Source of the DNA: Oopsacas minuta
Lineage: Eukaryota; Animalia; Porifera
Reading direction: 5' to 3'
Length of the DNA stretch: 64,000 nt
Assembly: GCA_024704765.1 (NCBI GenBank)
Contig: JAKMXF010000166.1
Coordinates: 646,743 to 710,742, forward strand
Below, piece after piece: positions 61,735 to 64,000 of the stretch. The notes below the pieces were generated by a model. That model did not search any database, was not told the origin of the DNA, and saw only the letters and a program-made list of their open reading frames with translations. Numbering within the stretch: position 1 is the stretch's first letter; every line of letters begins with the position of its first letter. The position numbers and the translations under genes were made by a program.

Positions 61735-64000
61735 CACAGTGGTTTGATAGCGAAATTGGCAGGGAATAGGCATTTAGGCGTCGATAGCGATAAATAATGG
61801 ATTAAGCACCTATAGGTAACCAAGCATCAATTTAATTTTCCCAAATCTAAAATTATTCATCACATTTTCTTCATTTTAACTAATCAGTTATGTTTGCACA
61901 AATTATTGAATTTATAAGACTCTAAATCTCGGAATTACATTGGATTTCTCCCTGCAGCATTTCGTCCTACTTGTGTGACCAGATTCACCGCATCTATCCC
62001 ACACTAAATTTTCTATAAAATAAGCATTCCTGATTCTCTGATGAAAATCTGACAAAATGTCTGTAACTTTTGCTTTGAAACTGTTTTCACACGATAAACA
62101 TTGCCTATACCTTCTGACCAATTTGATGCATGACTCTACATTTCTTCAGATACACATTTCATCCCACACCAAGATTTACTTTCGCGTATCAATTCTTCTG
62201 CATGGGCCAAAGGTTTATGAGTGTTGGAGTAATGCTGGCCCATGAACGCGTACAGAATGAAAATATAGGTTTCTCTGCACACGTTCCTAATTTTTCTGTA
62301 TTTACTCTGCACCCTGAAGTATATGTTCGTAGAATTTATGCTAACTGTGCGTGTACTTTCTTAAGTGCATTTCTATGCTAGTCATCAATTACAATTAAAA
62401 GTGTCAATAAATTTGAATTAATTTGAGAATACTTGTCTTGCAACATTCCAGTTGACGTCATATTACCCCTTGAGTCTGGCTGCTTAACCTTCAACCCAGT
62501 ATGTTACAGAACCAATTGTTCTGGCCATCACTTAGAAGTTTTTATTTCTGCTGATGTTGGATACCATTTAGCTAGTATGGATTCTAAGTGGTAGACCAGT
62601 AAATTGAACCACTTCAAAAATATGTGTATATGTGGAGGGGAGAAGCAGAATGAATGTCAATGTTGATATCAGCTGATGCGTCAAGTTGAAGCGTAGATTT
62701 GATGGAAGAGCCAAAATGGCCTCAATATCTTCAAATTCGCCAAACATCTCGATTGCATCATTTATATTCCTGTTCAGAGGAAACCCTTCAATAATGAGCT
62801 CGCGATCCTTAATATCTGAATGTGTAGCCGTGCATATTTGGTAACTAGCTCCACCTGCGGCAGATAAATAGCTGCCTTTTACCATCAAACATAGAACGAA
62901 TGATTTCTACCTTGACATGACAGTTATTCAGATTTAAACGCTCTCCCTCATGACTTGCGTGTCTGGATAGATTAGTCTATTTAGGAATGTTCTGATATTT
63001 TCCCCACATTCTCTTGCAGCACAGAGAAAAATCGGCCTTTAGGATTAGGGAGACTTCTGGAAGTCATTTTCAGATTGCACTACCTGAATTGATATTGGTT
63101 TAAAGTAAAACAGTATAAAGTTTTTAGTTTCTCTATTAGTGGATACCTGATTATAAATTACGTGACTCCCTAATCCGTCTAGCCCATCCGCTATTTTGAA
63201 AGTGAGCGTGAATTCACAAGCAGAAAGGATTGAGTATTATAATAATTCGTTCAACTCTTTGATTGACAAATACTATATAGGAAGAGTATATAGTTTGTAT
63301 TCTTTGCAAAATAACGATGAAATCAGTAAATTGCTTGCAATCAAATTGGACCGAGAACTATCGCTGTTCACCTAATCGCTCCTGATTCATAAATAGAGCG
63401 CGCTCCAGGTCCCGAACCTTTAATGTTTTGCATTCACCGGTTAGCTAACTTCATTTCTATGTCTATTACGATTCGAAAGTAAATTAAATAATTGTGTGTT
63501 AGAAAGGGAAAAATTGTGCAAAAAGGTTAATAACAAATGTATCTATAGTATATAAACGAGGTGTTTATGGTCATGTATGTATGTGTTCCCAAGGTTGAAT
63601 GAAGAACTGTTGAGAGCATTTGTAGGATAGCGAAAGGATCGTCTAACGACGCACCCCTCGGGAAACAGAATAGTACGTGTTAAGCCGAGTACGTCTTATC
63701 AGAGCCCTACTGTAGTTGTAGACATTCAAAAGTTACAAAAACTTTAACGGTTCATTAATATATACAACTAACAAATATAGGTGGAAAATGCAATCCCTAT
63801 CCGACGTTTGTAAATTGTGCACTATTTTTGCAATATAGAATAGTCATCAAAATTGTTGTCCTAAATATACACCTTATCAAATATTTAGGCCACATTATGA
63901 TGCCCTTCAAGCACAAATCATTCTACTATATGGTAATGCCCAATATAAATTTCCCTCTTGGTCGTCAATACTAGAGAGTCTAAAAAATGTTTGTACACCA
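61735..64000 (-). mobile_element. Transib/RAG1-core-like transposon relic 2 (transposase pseudogene about 61912-63700; 5' end outside the window or lost)
   Basis: Terminus CACAGTGG. Manual translation: FKIADGLDGLGSHVIYNQ (D at 63177-63179); RPIFLCAARE; IRSMFDGK (D at 62884-62886); GGASYQICTAT; GFPLNR; SPLH; HAEELIRE; SEE.VESCIKLVRRYR (E at 62134-62136); DRCGESGHTSRTKCC. Confidence 0.88.

Noticed and set aside
61735-61775. A full RSS (heptamer, 12/23 spacer, ACAAAAACC nonamer)
   Set aside because: The heptamer is present but there is no nonamer at either spacing.

Overview
AT-rich eukaryotic, probably metazoan, genomic window made almost entirely of transposable elements and their relics. The only clear host gene is an intronless 746-aa PA14-domain beta-1,4-GalNAc transferase (B4GALNT3/4-like, 32263-34503). 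Recognisable elements: mariner (DD34D) and maT (DD37D) copies, pogo/Tigger MITEs, a complete two-gene PIF/Harbinger with both ORFs intact, a Chapaev3 nested in a THAP/P-like element with long TIRs, Buster- and GTF2IRD2/SPIN-type hATs, a GC-rich MULE, Helitron pieces and two Gypsy relics. The most notable signal is largely hidden from the ORF track. Two diverged, frameshifted RAG1-core-like (Transib/RAG1L-type) transposase genes lie on the minus strand (about 40470-42160 and 61912-63700). Both keep recognisable DDE and Zn-ligand motifs, a C-terminal Cx2Cx3GHx5CC tail resembling the RAG1L CTT* motif, and an RSS-heptamer-like terminus (CACATTG, CACAGTG), with no RAG2-like partner seen. All translations and alignments were done by eye, no database searches were run, and boundaries marked approximate are approximate.
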